A stretch of DNA of 64,000 nucleotides from Ramazzottius varieornatus (Eukaryota; Animalia; Tardigrada). Location: positions 5,197,624-5,261,623 of the forward strand of contig BDGG01000001.1 in assembly GCA_001949185.1 (NCBI GenBank), given 5' to 3'. The notes under the pieces were generated by a model, which made no database searches, was not told the DNA's origin, and saw nothing but the letters and a program-made list of their open reading frames with translations. Below, in pieces: positions 37,642 to 49,385 of this stretch (the first letter of the stretch is position 1; each line of letters starts with the position of its first letter). Position numbers and translations under genes: made by a program.

Positions 37642-38069
37642 CAGGGTGGGGTTATAGTGGTCTATCTTCAGGCCTTTGCCACTTTACCCAGGCTCCGGTG
37701 AGATGCACGGGACCAAACTTGCCTACATGACCTGTTGATTAGTTGATTCGCGATGCCTGACATCACTTCTGCCCTGGATCCAGGCACGCAATGAGCTTTC
37801 AAAATTTTCTCCAAAATCTTACGACTGCCTGCTTCCTGCCTGACCGACCACATAAATTCGAGCATAAAATTCTCCAATTCCTCAACGTGGGTTCATCCGA
37901 AAAAATTTGTCAGAACGAGCAGAAAGTATGAGAGTGCCTACCTTTCCCTTATGTTTTAATTATTCTAGGTGCCTTCCCGTCTGGAGACTGGTGGCGCCTC
38001 ATACTGGCATCTCACCGGCGCCTCCTCAGCGCTATCTTGCCTAGCTTACGCCACTATAACCCCACCCTG
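37642..38069. mobile_element. 428-bp MITE with perfect 19-bp TIRs and a 7-bp TSD
   Basis: cagggtggggttatagtgg (37642-37660) / ccactataaccccaccctg (38051-38069); direct repeat atactgc at 37635-37641 and 38070-38076. Confidence 0.9.
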
Positions 38070-38486
38070 ATACTGCGTTAACGAATCCAAAAGTGAATTC
38101 ATGACTATAAATAACAGACACGAATCAAGTGAGCCAATTAAAACTTTCGTGAAAATTTCGCACGGCGGTTAAGCGGTGAGGGGTTACCGAGCCGAACACA
38201 GAACACACCACTGACGTCAACGCGGACCGATGGTGACCATTGTATCGAGCGTCTCTTTCTGTACTTCCGACTCCTCTTCACAGCAGTTCCAGTTGATTGT
38301 CGATTTAACTCTTCTGGACTTTATCTTTCAATTTCAGTTTCAGTTTTCGAGCGTTTACTTACGTTCACGCTCGATGATTATAAACATGCTCAATGGGGTG
38401 TTTACTCAGTCGATAAACGGCCTCCTCATATCCCATCATAGCCTTTATTACCTTTGGAATCGCCGGACGAATTCCGTCGAACGTGA

Positions 38487-41400
38487 ATGAAATCACAGAA
38501 GCGTGACGTGGAAGCTGGTGATGGAAAAGCACCAGAATCGCTGCCATTGAACGACTTCAAGCCCCGAAAATCCATAAAATATGTACGTGTCCCATTGTTC
38601 TTTAATCAATCATATTATTGTGCTACAGCCATCGAACAGTCAAGACGGGAACAGAAAGATTACATTCGTGTTGCTCGTCTTCGACAGCTGAGGATGATAA
38701 CGGAAAAACAGGCGGAAAACAATCAGCTGTTCGGCACTGATTGTTGATTGCCTTGGTCGTTTCATTCAGAATTACTGTATCATAATTTTCATAGTTAATT
38801 ATTTTGACAGGGATTCACGGGAGATGAGGAGTCGCTCTTCTTTCGCGATGGACGACGGCGAATCGACTTTGTCTTGGTCTACGAGACAGGGACTAAAACC
38901 AAGGCGCTTGAGTACAAGCGTGCAGAAAAGAGAGTTAACCTCGAACGAGCGATGAAAAAGGAAGGAATCGACATCGAAACCTCAGTCCAAGGCGTAAGAA
39001 AATCACTTCCGGCAGATTGAAAGCGTGCGCCGCTTGGAAAACCGTCCTGCTAAGCTACTCTGCGCGATAGTTTTATATTCCTTTTCTTTGACGCTTCTCT
39101 AGATCCCAGGAGAGGGCCCGGAAGCGCAGTTATGCTATGCGAAACTACATGCGAAATGGGACCTCCTCATTCGCTACGCAGACATCATGAAGCTCCGCAT
39201 GCCTCTGAAGGTATTACTCTAGTCTCGCAAATTTTATCCTCTATAGCTTCATGATTACTTCAGTCCAGTATGCGGTTATCTTTGCAGAAAGAAGTGGAAG
39301 AGGAAGCGTATCCCGAGGATGAAATATCGCGATACTGTCCACCGTTTTTTCGCGTGGACAAATCCGTCCTTCCTCCGTCGCCGCATTTTGTTTCCACCGG
39401 ATTCTCTAAATCAAAAATGGCTCTGTAATGGTTCATATTCAGACATCTTGTTTTCACTTTTCAGATGCAAAAATGGACAGTGAATATCTATGTTGATTTT
39501 CCGGCTGCAGGTTTAATATTCTGGATCGAGACTCGTTCTTTTCGCCGTCGCAGAGGATCCGTATCATCTGGGAATGCATGAGTCGCATTCAGTTCGTTGA
39601 AAGTAATCCAAGTGGCGTCGGCATACAGAAGCTACTGGCAGACGACACCTATCTGGCCGGCTTCCCTTTGCACGACGGACCTTATGAAGCTCCCAAAGGA
39701 GAAACCAAGAAACCCACCAACCTTCGAGCAGCGCTGTATGATCAGTGGGGACAGTTCTCCAAGTTTTACAAGTTCCAACCTATCGAACACATCAAAAACT
39801 ACTTTGGCGGGGTAAGCCAGGATCTTGTCCAGTTTGTGTTGATACATAGAATCTGGGCAGACAAATTCGACAAGATTGTTTCTCAAGTGGCGGACGTCTT
39901 CGGTGTTATTGCCCGAAAGCGTGCGTCACAAGCGATCTTGCTGAGCTCTTACATCCTGATGAAGTCGGTTTGTATTTGTTTATAGAAAATGGGATTCTAC
40001 TTTGCCTGGATGGAATTCTACACCATTATGCTGATCCCGGCCGTCATTGTGGGAGCAGTCTGTCTTCTGTACGGTATGATTACCATGAAGAACGATATTC
40101 CTGTCCAAGAAGTGTGTACGCATCCCGACGTCAAAGACACGATCATGTGCCCCATCTGTGACAGGTAATTGCGTACCCGTAGACTGGAATATTCTGCTTC
40201 GATGTAAAGTGTAACGTTTCCTTGTCATCAGGCGGTGTCCGTATTGGCGTCTCGAAGACAGCTGCATGCAGTCCAAATCGACGTATCTGATCGACAACCC
40301 AGCTACGATCTTCTTCGCAACCTTCATGGCTTTGTGGTCAGCAGTATTCCTCATCTTGTGGAAGCGGAAACAGACGATTTTGTCGTGGAACTTCGACACC
40401 TACTACGCTACCGAGCAAGAGGCATGGCGGTTTTATTTCGATATCGTTCTCGTTGTGAAACCTCTATTGGCTTTTTCGCAATGTCTAACTAGTTGTATCA
40501 TTAGCACAATTATACCGAACTTGTTCCTTTCAGGAACAAGTTCGGCCAGAGCTGGAAGCTCAGATAAAACCCGATCATTGGAAAGTCAACCCGATCACTC
40601 AGATGAAGGAGCCCTATGTTTCGCCTTGGCGAAGGATCTTGCAAGCCATGCTATCTGGCACCGTCGTTTTCTTCATGGTAAGGAATCACGGTTAGAGACT
40701 TGGTACTGAAGATCCGAAACCGTAATTTGAATTCTGAGCTTTAACTGACGAACTATATTTCTTTTGGAGGTGTTGTTGGTTTTGGCCGCGACTTTCGGTA
40801 TGATTATTCGAATTTCCCTGCTGGCTAGAATTTCTTCTTCATACTCCAACATTCCGAACTTCACAATGCGGTGTTTTTCACGATACAGGTACGATTGTCT
40901 ACCGGACAATGGTTAATGTGGCAATTTACGCATCGTCGCAGAGTGCCGATGCTGAATCAGCACAGTTGAACGACGATGAAGAGAAATTCGCTGTTAAATA
41001 CTCAACGTACATTGTTGGCTTCACCGCTGCCTTGCTTAACTTAATCGTCATTCTCATTCTTAACAGTGTAAGTCGCCCAACCACATTCCAGTGCATAACT
41101 ATCAGACAGGGATGCCGCCTGCCGTACGAGGTTCGTGCCATGATCCTGGGAGGAGTGCACCCCCACCCCAAAACAGCTGATCCGAAAAAATAGTTTGGAT
41201 CCTCAGGTTAAGAAGTATTGGTGGACCCCAAACTTTGGAGGTCGGTGTACAGGGGTGCTCCTCCTAGTGACGGATCATGGCACGAACTTTATGGCTGGCG
41301 GCATCTATGCTATCAGATGCCGATTCATTCAGTGCTTCGTGATATGGATTCACTGGCATGCTGTAGATTTACTATCGGATTGCCAAGTGGCTGACAGAGA

Positions 41401-43555
41401 AAGAATACCTGCGCACACAAAGCGAATACGAAGACAGCCTAACCATCAAATACTACATCTTCGAATTCGTCAACACCTACTGCTCGGTCTTCTATGTCGC
41501 TTTCTTCAAAGGCCGGTAAAACGATCCAGTCAAGTGGTACAAGTATTACCAGAAAATGATCGTGGCAAAATGAGAAATTTGGCGGTGTTGTACACCTCTT
41601 CTACGTATGTTCCTAAACAAAAATAAAATATTTGGAAATTCGTTTCCTGGTTCACTGTCATCTCTTTCAGGCTCACAAAACCTTAGTTTTTGATTTCAAA
41701 ATCACCTTAGGTCGTAAAGTTATTCAGAATAACGGATCGTATTACTGGTGTCCGATTGCAGGGTTCCTCCACCTTTGCCTGGATCTCGAGGAGTCTTCCA
41801 CCTTCCAGCAGACAGAGTACGTGCTTTTTGCCTTCCGCTCGAACGTCTGGCCACATTTTACGCTGTGTTATAAATACGGTGGCATTGACCATGATGAACT
41901 TTGTTGGTATACTGTAGTGTGACAAAGGCGGCTGCCTGATCGAATTGACCATCCAGCTCGTTGTGCTCTTCCTGGGTAGTAACCTGGTTAACTACGTTAC
42001 CGAAATGATCATCCCGTCCATCACTCGTGCCTTACGTACCCGAAAAATCCTGGGACCGAGACTGAGAGACAAGCGGGAGCACCGATGGGAGCACGATCAC
42101 GCTGCTCAGCCGTATCCGGCGATGGGACTCTTCTTGGAGAACAGTCGAATGGGTGTGTAGAAGTGTTTTGGTGACTGAGTGCTTCATCTGCTTGTCAAGG
42201 GTCCCTTCGGGGTGAGCGGTGTTGGGTCGCTTCAGAATTCAGTCGGGTGGGACCAAGGCAAACAGAAAGAACAAATTTGCTTTCCCAAGTGCCGCACGTT
42301 TTCAGTGTTATTAGCTGGATGTTTGCGCCACTTGAGAAACAATCTGCCAAGCTTCCAGAGATCAAAGCTATCGATAACTATGCTGTCCTTCTTGCATTGT
42401 AGTGACGCAGTTTGGATTCATCACGATGTTCGTGGCCGCCTTTCCTCTGGCTCCTGCCTTTGCCCTCATCAGTAACATCCTTGAAATCCGGCTGGACGGG
42501 TATAAGTACCTGACACTCTACCGGCGTCCTGTGCCTACTTGGGCTAAGGGGATCGGCGCATGGGGAAAGATCCTGGAGAACGTCGCCCGCTTTTCCATTA
42601 TCACCAATGTAAGTCGTTGTTGCGTCGGAAAGAAATTCATGTTTGGCTGCGATAGAGTTTGTACACTTCGACTGATGATCTTTCTCTTCTAGGCATTTAT
42701 TATTTCCTTTTCATCGGACTTCGTACCGAAACTCGTCTACCTGGCTGCGTACTCGATGGATTCAACACTGAACGGCTACACCAAATGGAGTCTCTCGGAA
42801 TTTTCTCGGCTGGATTTTCCGTTTGGAACGGAACCAGTGATACCCGGAAGAGACTGGAGTCCTGATCAGTTGCCGGAAACTTGTTGGTATGAAAGTTGCT
42901 TGCCAGATGCTTGTTTTGTGTTTCAAAATCACATCAATCTTGTCAAAATGGCTAATTGACTCGTTTCTTTGAATTCCTACGAGTTCGATTGAGTTTTGGT
43001 TGCTTTGCAGGTATCGGGAATTCCGGACAGGTCCAGCTCGTCCAAGGCCTTACAACCTCAACATGACGTTCTGGCACGTTTTCGCGGCAAGGGTGATCCT
43101 TGTACTGGTCTTCGAGGTAATCCGTCGTCAAAAAATGGCATAGCATACTTCGCGTACAAGTTGAAATTCAAATCTATCCCCAGTCATGTTCAGGAGGCCG
43201 CGCGTGAATTATCGTAGACAAAAGGCAAAACTTCACCAGCGCTGTACTGAGACTGAACGATAAACTCGTTTCAGAATCGTTATCAGACTGTTTTCCGACT
43301 TGTAAGTGAATCCTAAGGGTTTGCTGTTTGTAGCATTTCGTTATGGTGATGTCCAAGATCATTACGTTCTTCGTGCCCGGAATACCAGCAACACTAAAGG
43401 CAAAAGTTCTCAGGGAGAACTTTTTGGCCAAAGAGACCTTTTACGAAGCGGAAACCAGTCGGTTGCAGACTCCTACGAGTCCTGGGACGAAGCGAGCTCA
43501 GAACCTACCGATGAGTCCTATTATCAATCTTGCCCGTCCTGAAGTTTATGCCTAA
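38487..43555 (+). CDS. Anoctamin / TMEM16 family Cl- channel or scramblase
   Basis: RRIDFVLVYE, LAGFPLHDGPY, FQPIEHIKNYFG, FYFAWMEFYT, MCPICD, WKRKQ, FEFVNTYCSVFYVAFFKGR, GGCLIELTIQL, QFGFITMFVAAFPLAPAFALISNILEIRLDG, GIGAW; multi-exon; stop at 43553-43555. Confidence 0.95.
41107..41309. mobile_element. 203-bp hAT-type MITE in an anoctamin intron
   Basis: Ends cagggatgccgcc / ggcggcatctatg, inner inverted repeat gttcgtgccatgatcc / ggatcatggcacgaac, and an 8-bp TSD ctatcaga at 41099-41106 and 41310-41317. Confidence 0.88.
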
Positions 43556-44285
43556 TGAATTCTTTTCTGTACTAGTTTTTACCGCACTGTTCTCACTGTT
43601 CTGGGCCTTTGTATTTGTGTGCCTCTTGACGGTGGTGTACAACCTTAAAGTCCTTTTTCTTGCCGCTGATTTTACAGTTTATCTCTTATTGGGTTGTTAT
43701 CTGTACTAGTGAAAATATTTTGTAATGATTTGTAATGATTCATGTGGTTTTGTAATGGAGGAGTTTGTGGTTTAAACGTAAATCCGTAATTAATTCATAC
43801 CGTCACTTCCGGTCCGCTGTCCGTGAAAGGCGCGCAGTTGCACAGAAGTGGCTGACGTCATCGTATAACATCCGAATGCCAACAGACTACAGCCAAACAA
43901 GTAACAACGACATGTGAACGATTGATTGGCTGGATTATTGATCATGCTCCAATCAGATTTTCTGCTCCTGTAATCCTGTTCTATACTCGATTCATTTGTT
44001 CGCGTGACTGCAGCTCGCTTTTCCCGCCATGGTTCTGGAAAACAGGCTATTCTTCTTGGAAGAAAAGTAAGAAGTGGGCATATGAAAGCACCACTGAGTT
44101 TCCGAGCCGTGGTTGACGACGATCACTTTCAGGTTTGAAAAGTGTCAGTCAAGACTCGTTGTCAAGCTGCGCACTCCGAGTTGGTCTGGCGTGTTAAGTC
44201 GCTTCCCGCTAAGGTAAGGGGATTTTGAGCGACTCCTGCATTCACGTTGTTGCACGTTCTTTGACGATTGTTGTTGCAGGCAGAT

Positions 44286-45785
44286 ATGACAGCCAAAGAA
44301 GAAGTGCAGATCATTGCCGGCCAGTTGGAAGCGCTGATGAAGCATGAGCCAACTTCTGCTTCCGCTGCCATCGTTTCTTTCTTACGCTCCCTGGAAAAGA
44401 TTCCCCTCGATCTCAACGTTCTTCACGATACTAACATTGGACGAATAGTAAACTCTATCCGTAAAGACACCAAGAATGAAGAGGTGGCTACGATCTGCAA
44501 GGGTTTGGTGCGAAGCTGGAAGGGACTACTCGCCGTCACCACAAATGGCACCGAAGAGAGCAAGAACTCCCCCGCCACTGCTGAGCCCGAGAAGAAGCGT
44601 GTCAAGAAGGAGGAGAACCCTCCATCAGGTATGCGGTTTCCCTTTTCTGACTTGTTTTCGTCAAAGGATCCTCGCAGAAGTTTCGGCAAGCGAAATACAC
44701 CTCTGGTAGTCGAACAGCATCATCTTTTCTTGAAGGATAGAATATAGGGCTGATCTGCGCATTGCGTAACGTCGGTCCACCAGCTTTTTTGTTGGAGAAG
44801 ACCATTGCGTGGCACGCACGTGCATCTATAAAATCGATTTTGCTCGAGGGCGTGTCTATGCGTTGCGGTGTGCAAGCTTAACTTGCACAACGTGGCGCGT
44901 GGGCACGCCCTTTTTTACGTTTGGCGCCCCGCACATCGACGTCGACACGCATACTTCCTTTGCCGTTATGAACTGCGGGTCCTCCGTATGCCGGTGCCCG
45001 AAGGGCGTGCTTGAGGACTTTGATATCAAAGTCCGCAAGCACGCCCTTTTCTGCGTTTGGTTGGCCGTTGTGCACCACTCTGCTCAATCAGTAAGCAACT
45101 ACAGATGCTCGACTTTGCAGGTTCTTCAAAAGCGAAGAACGGCCAAGTTTCTCGCTCCTCGTCGACCTCTTCGTCAGTTTCCAACGGTCCCGCTACACCG
45201 CAGCCGACAACACCGACGGTGAAGACCGCTCCGTCTCCTCCAAAGGCGAGACCCGCGCAAGACTTCAGCAACGACGAACTGCTGGAGACCAGCGACAAAG
45301 ACCGCTTGAAGTCCCGAGAACTTATAGCCAAAGCTTTGGTGAAAGACGGCTTGCCAGAAGGCGCCTCGGATCCCGAGCAGATTGCCGCTGAAACAGAAAT
45401 GTTCATCTTCAAAGAGTTCAAGAACGTTGATGCAAAGTACAAGCAGCGCGTTCGTTCTCGCATCATGTCAGTGCAAGACGCCAAGAATCCCAAGCTGCGT
45501 GAGAACATCCTCCTTGGACACATCGCACCCGAACGTCTGGCCAAAATGACAGCCGAAGAGATGGCTAGTAAGGAGATGAAGGAGCTGAGAGACAGGTTGT
45601 CCAAAGAAGCCATCAATGATAGTCAGCTGACGACGGCGGGAGGAACCGAGACGGACTTGTTGCAGTGCGGCAAGTGCAAGCAGCGCAAGTGCACCTATAA
45701 CCAAGTTCAGACGCGCTCAGCTGATGAACCAATGACTACATTTGTTTACTGTAATAACTGTGGCAATCGATGGAAGTTCTGTTGA
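44286..45785 (+). CDS. TCEA1: Transcription elongation factor S-II (TFIIS)
   Basis: Exon 44286-44628 ([27 protein letters not shown]) plus exon 45121-45785 ([14 protein letters not shown]; zinc ribbon [34 protein letters not shown]). Confidence 0.97.
44847..45050 (+). ncRNA. Candidate structured RNA: two long hairpins in the TFIIS intron
   Basis: 44847-44911 folds into a 30-position stem with 6 G-U pairs and 1 mismatch. 45001-45048 is a 48-bp palindrome with 1 mismatch. Both are bounded by AGGGCGTG..CACGCCCTTTT. Confidence 0.35.
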
Positions 45786-46394
45786 TTCCTGTGCAGGGAC
45801 TTGGGGAGAACAGACGCATGGTATGCAGGCTCGAGTAAATTAGTTTGTGACTGGGTTTCTTTCTCGTTGTTGATCCTTGAGTTTCCTCCAGAGTATGACT
45901 CACTGTAAATCATCAGAATTCATCATGAATCTCTTGGTTGCTCGTCTTCCTTTTCCCATGGGGTTTCTTTCCCTGCGTGCTCACGTATCTTCGAGGATCT
46001 GCGACTGAGAGATTTCAGCTCGACGGATCCACATCAGTGCGATGCGAAAGTATCTTGACTTTTCAACGTCTGCCAAGGTTTTCGGCTAGGTCATCGCGTG
46101 TTGCGCTGCTGAAGAGCTCGTGGTGGAGGAGAGAAGAGTGTGAAGTACCTGGGAATGATGCATTGTGTTGCGTGCAGAAGGTATCTTGCTCTGCATTATG
46201 GCGGGACAAAGGCCCAAGCGAAAGATATGATTAGCTAGTGAGAGTAAAGTCAGAGCGCAAAGCGCAAGCAAACAGAAAGCAAATGGAAGTTCGTCACCCC
46301 TGAATTATAACGAGCAGCGAACTCTCGAGATTAGTTTTGGGCTGAATGCATCACGAGACTTTTTTGCCGTTTTTGTTGCGAGAACCATTCTGCA

Positions 46395-47015
46395 ATGACG
46401 TCGGCGCTCAGCGTGCTGCACGTTACAGCGGTACTATTCAGTTCGATATCGTGCATTTGCACGGTGCCTATCATCCTCTTCGCCATGAATCCCGTTGCTT
46501 TAACCTTGAATTTCTTGATCATGATGGTTGGAGGTTGTGGACTAAGGCTCCATCTCCGCATGAAAGAGCTGCACGCAAACGATCCACGAGATCTTGAGAT
46601 TAACCGGAAAGTTCGTCAATACACCATTTTGTTGTCCGCAGTTAACGCTCTGACGTTTACCTTGATGATTGGTGCTGCTTTTGTTCCGAATTTATGGGAT
46701 CCCATCATAAATCTGCCTGCAGAACAGGCTGAAGAAATGGCCATTGCAATGACGACGATCTTAACCGTTCTGTACTGGATAATTGGTATCTTCTGTTCCA
46801 TAATACTGTTCAGATATTCCCAACCTGAAGCCCCCGCGACCGTTCACGATCACACCGAGAACACGTCGAGGAGAAACGAGCCTGCAAGTTTGTCGCCACA
46901 GATGATTTATTCTGTCCAAGACATTCCCACCGTAGCTTTGTCTAACGTACATTCACAGCCATACATTCTGGACCTACCACCGTCGTACGAAGAAATCATA
47001 TCGAAGCAATCGTGA
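46395..47015 (+). CDS. Intronless multi-pass (about 4 TM) membrane protein with a C-terminal PPxY motif
   Basis: 206-aa ORF with four hydrophobic segments and a cytosolic tail ending LDLPPSYEEIISKQS. Confidence 0.7.
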   Translation: MTSALSVLHVTAVLFSSISCICTVPIILFAMNPVALTLNFLIMMVGGCGLRLHLRMKELHANDPRDLEINRKVRQYTILLSAVNALTFTLMIGAAFVPNLWDPIINLPAEQAEEMAIAMTTILTVLYWIIGIFCSIILFRYSQPEAPATVHDHTENTSRRNEPASLSPQMIYSVQDIPTVALSNVHSQPYILDLPPSYEEIISKQS

Positions 47016-47760
47016 AGTGTACCTAAAAACCCGGAAGTCAACCGGGATCATCGACGATGTTTCTTACAGAACTAGCCTTGGATCTGCGATACGAGGATAG
47101 AAGGAGCGCTCAAGAGCCATAGCTATAGAAATTATTTCTGTGCTGTATACAGTGACAAGCGACAGCTAGTTGCCTCTACACCGAACTGGCATCTACAGTA
47201 CACAGCGCTGCTGTATTTCAGTGAAAATGAATTACAATTGGCAATGGTAAATTTGAAGAACCTGTTGCCGCTAAAGTCGAAAGTTCAAGGCGGTGGCGCT
47301 TTTCAAAGATAGGATGGCCCAAGAGAATGAATGATGACATTCTGTCCGGAATCTGCACTGCGCTGCTCGGTGACAACAGTTCATTATCATATATATAAGC
47401 CGAAGAACCTGACAAGAAACTAGTCGAAAGTTTCGACGCCGTTTCAGGTTGACTGCCTTAGGACACCTCTTTTCTGACAATCTCTCTTACGATACTGTCG
47501 TCAAATAACCCAAAAATGGGTTGACGTCGACAAAGCGGACCCTTAACACTTGTAATACCGAGCAATTTCATGCTGGCAGAATAGCGGGAGTACAACTGAG
47601 ATTCGCAGCCTATTAACTGGCTGGAAGCACGATAGAGGCCTGTACAGACCAATCACGGTGCTCCCCCATGAAGTTGCGAATGTCACTGCGCAAAACCAAC
47701 GTAATGTTCCGCCACATGACCGGGGTACGCCAATGTATCTCATTTTATTTTTCGCTACAC

Positions 47761-49385
47761 TTATTTCGATTTCTTCTTGCTGCAATCTAGACAAATAGCA
47801 CTCTGCTTCGCTAATCTGTGCGCTGCACAAACATGAACGTTACATGAGCCACAAACAATCATTGTTCTTCGCTCAGTCTTTCTGAGACAGTATCTGCATC
47901 TGGTTGACTTCTTGGACGAAACAGTAGCTCGGGGAGTACCAGCAGTTTCGCCCGTGTCTTCGTTATTTGGTACCACGGAGGCTATAAACTTTCTGATGGC
48001 GAAGGGAAGGCTTGCCACCGTCGATCGTCGCTGGAGCTGTGGCTGTAAGCTGGTCCAGAGGGTCGACTCCTGCTTTGGTCCGGTTATACTCAGCGACGAT
48101 TTCTGGCTTTTCCTCTTTGGACTGCTCGTCAATTTCCCTGAAATTAGATTTGCTCATGACGTCACTTGAAATGTTTGGCACGTACTTACATTGAAACTTT
48201 AAGTCATCTGCGTCACACGCAAACATTGTTACAGACTGTGATTCCGCACATCTGAAACTCGCGAATTACGTCACAACAGAGCATAGTACTAACACAAGAA
48301 CATCAACGTCATGCGTGTACTCACGCGTCTCGGTGCATCGAGCCGAGTAGGATAACCGCCTTGCTTTTCTTCGGAACGTACGATACGAGAGTGACGTCTG
48401 AAGTGTGACCGAAGAGGGACGGAAGGACTTCGCGGTTCTTGCTAGGCAGGAAAGCAGAAGGAATTTGACTTATTCTCTCGAGGGAAATCTTCTTCTTGAG
48501 CAGAGTCTCACCCAACGACAACGAAGTAAACAAGTTGTCAGTTGTCACATTTCTGCCTGAGTTATTACCGAGGTATTCTCCGAGGTCTAGCACCACTCGT
48601 TGTCCCTGATTCTTCTCGGCCTTTCCACCCACGAGCTTCCCAAAGTACAGCTGATTGTTGCAGCAGTGGAAAGTACGACAGCAACACAGAAGAAATAGTT
48701 TTAGCCCGTACTTGCTTCGCGGCTTGGTGGGAATATACTGCTTGAATCAGCAACGTCGTTTGAAGGGAAACAATTGTTCGTCGACACACATAAATTCATA
48801 AGAATGATAATAGCTTCTCAGACGTTGCGACCACAAGTCGAACAGCTCTTTCACATGAGCCATCTGATCCAGCTACGGCCGTTCTTCTCGAGTGTTCTTG
48901 TCGTCAAACCGCAAGCTGCAAGTAATCTGGGAGAACCGTATACGAGACATGCAAGCTTGGTAGATTTTTTTCCCCTAGCTCTCACTCCATAACTCCGAAA
49001 CAGTCACCGTACCGTCGTGGTAAACACCTTGTAGCAATAGAATACCCAAGTAGGCATCAAGCTCCACTGTGTCCAAGACGGCCCAGCCATTCCCGTATCG
49101 CTCGGTGCCTTCTACGTTCGTGAAGCGTATGATGGTATCGTTGATGGCGGGAGTCAGAAACAAATTGAAGCTTTCGATCATATCCGACACCTGCGATCTC
49201 GCGTGTGGAATCACTCCTCCTGCTCCTGTCATCTGGTTGACCTCCCGTGGCTTCCCGCTGTCTGCCGGGAAGCGAGCCCATTCTACGGCACCGTTCGTGC
49301 TCAATAAAGGTCCGACATCGCTGAGTTGATATAGCGGTAGAACATCCTCATCGTCACTTTCCGTATCCGTCTGCTCATCGCCCAC
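47761..49385 (-). mobile_element. Decayed piggyBac transposase (PGBD4-like)
   Basis: FNLFLT..IIRFTN, ELDAYLGILLLQG, GRNVTTDNLFTS, VSYVPKKSKAVILLGSMH, KPEIVAEYNRTKAGVD and C-terminal RCRYC..CGSC..VCAAH..CLDC, spread over several frames. A TTAA at ~47543 is a possible element end. Confidence 0.9.
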
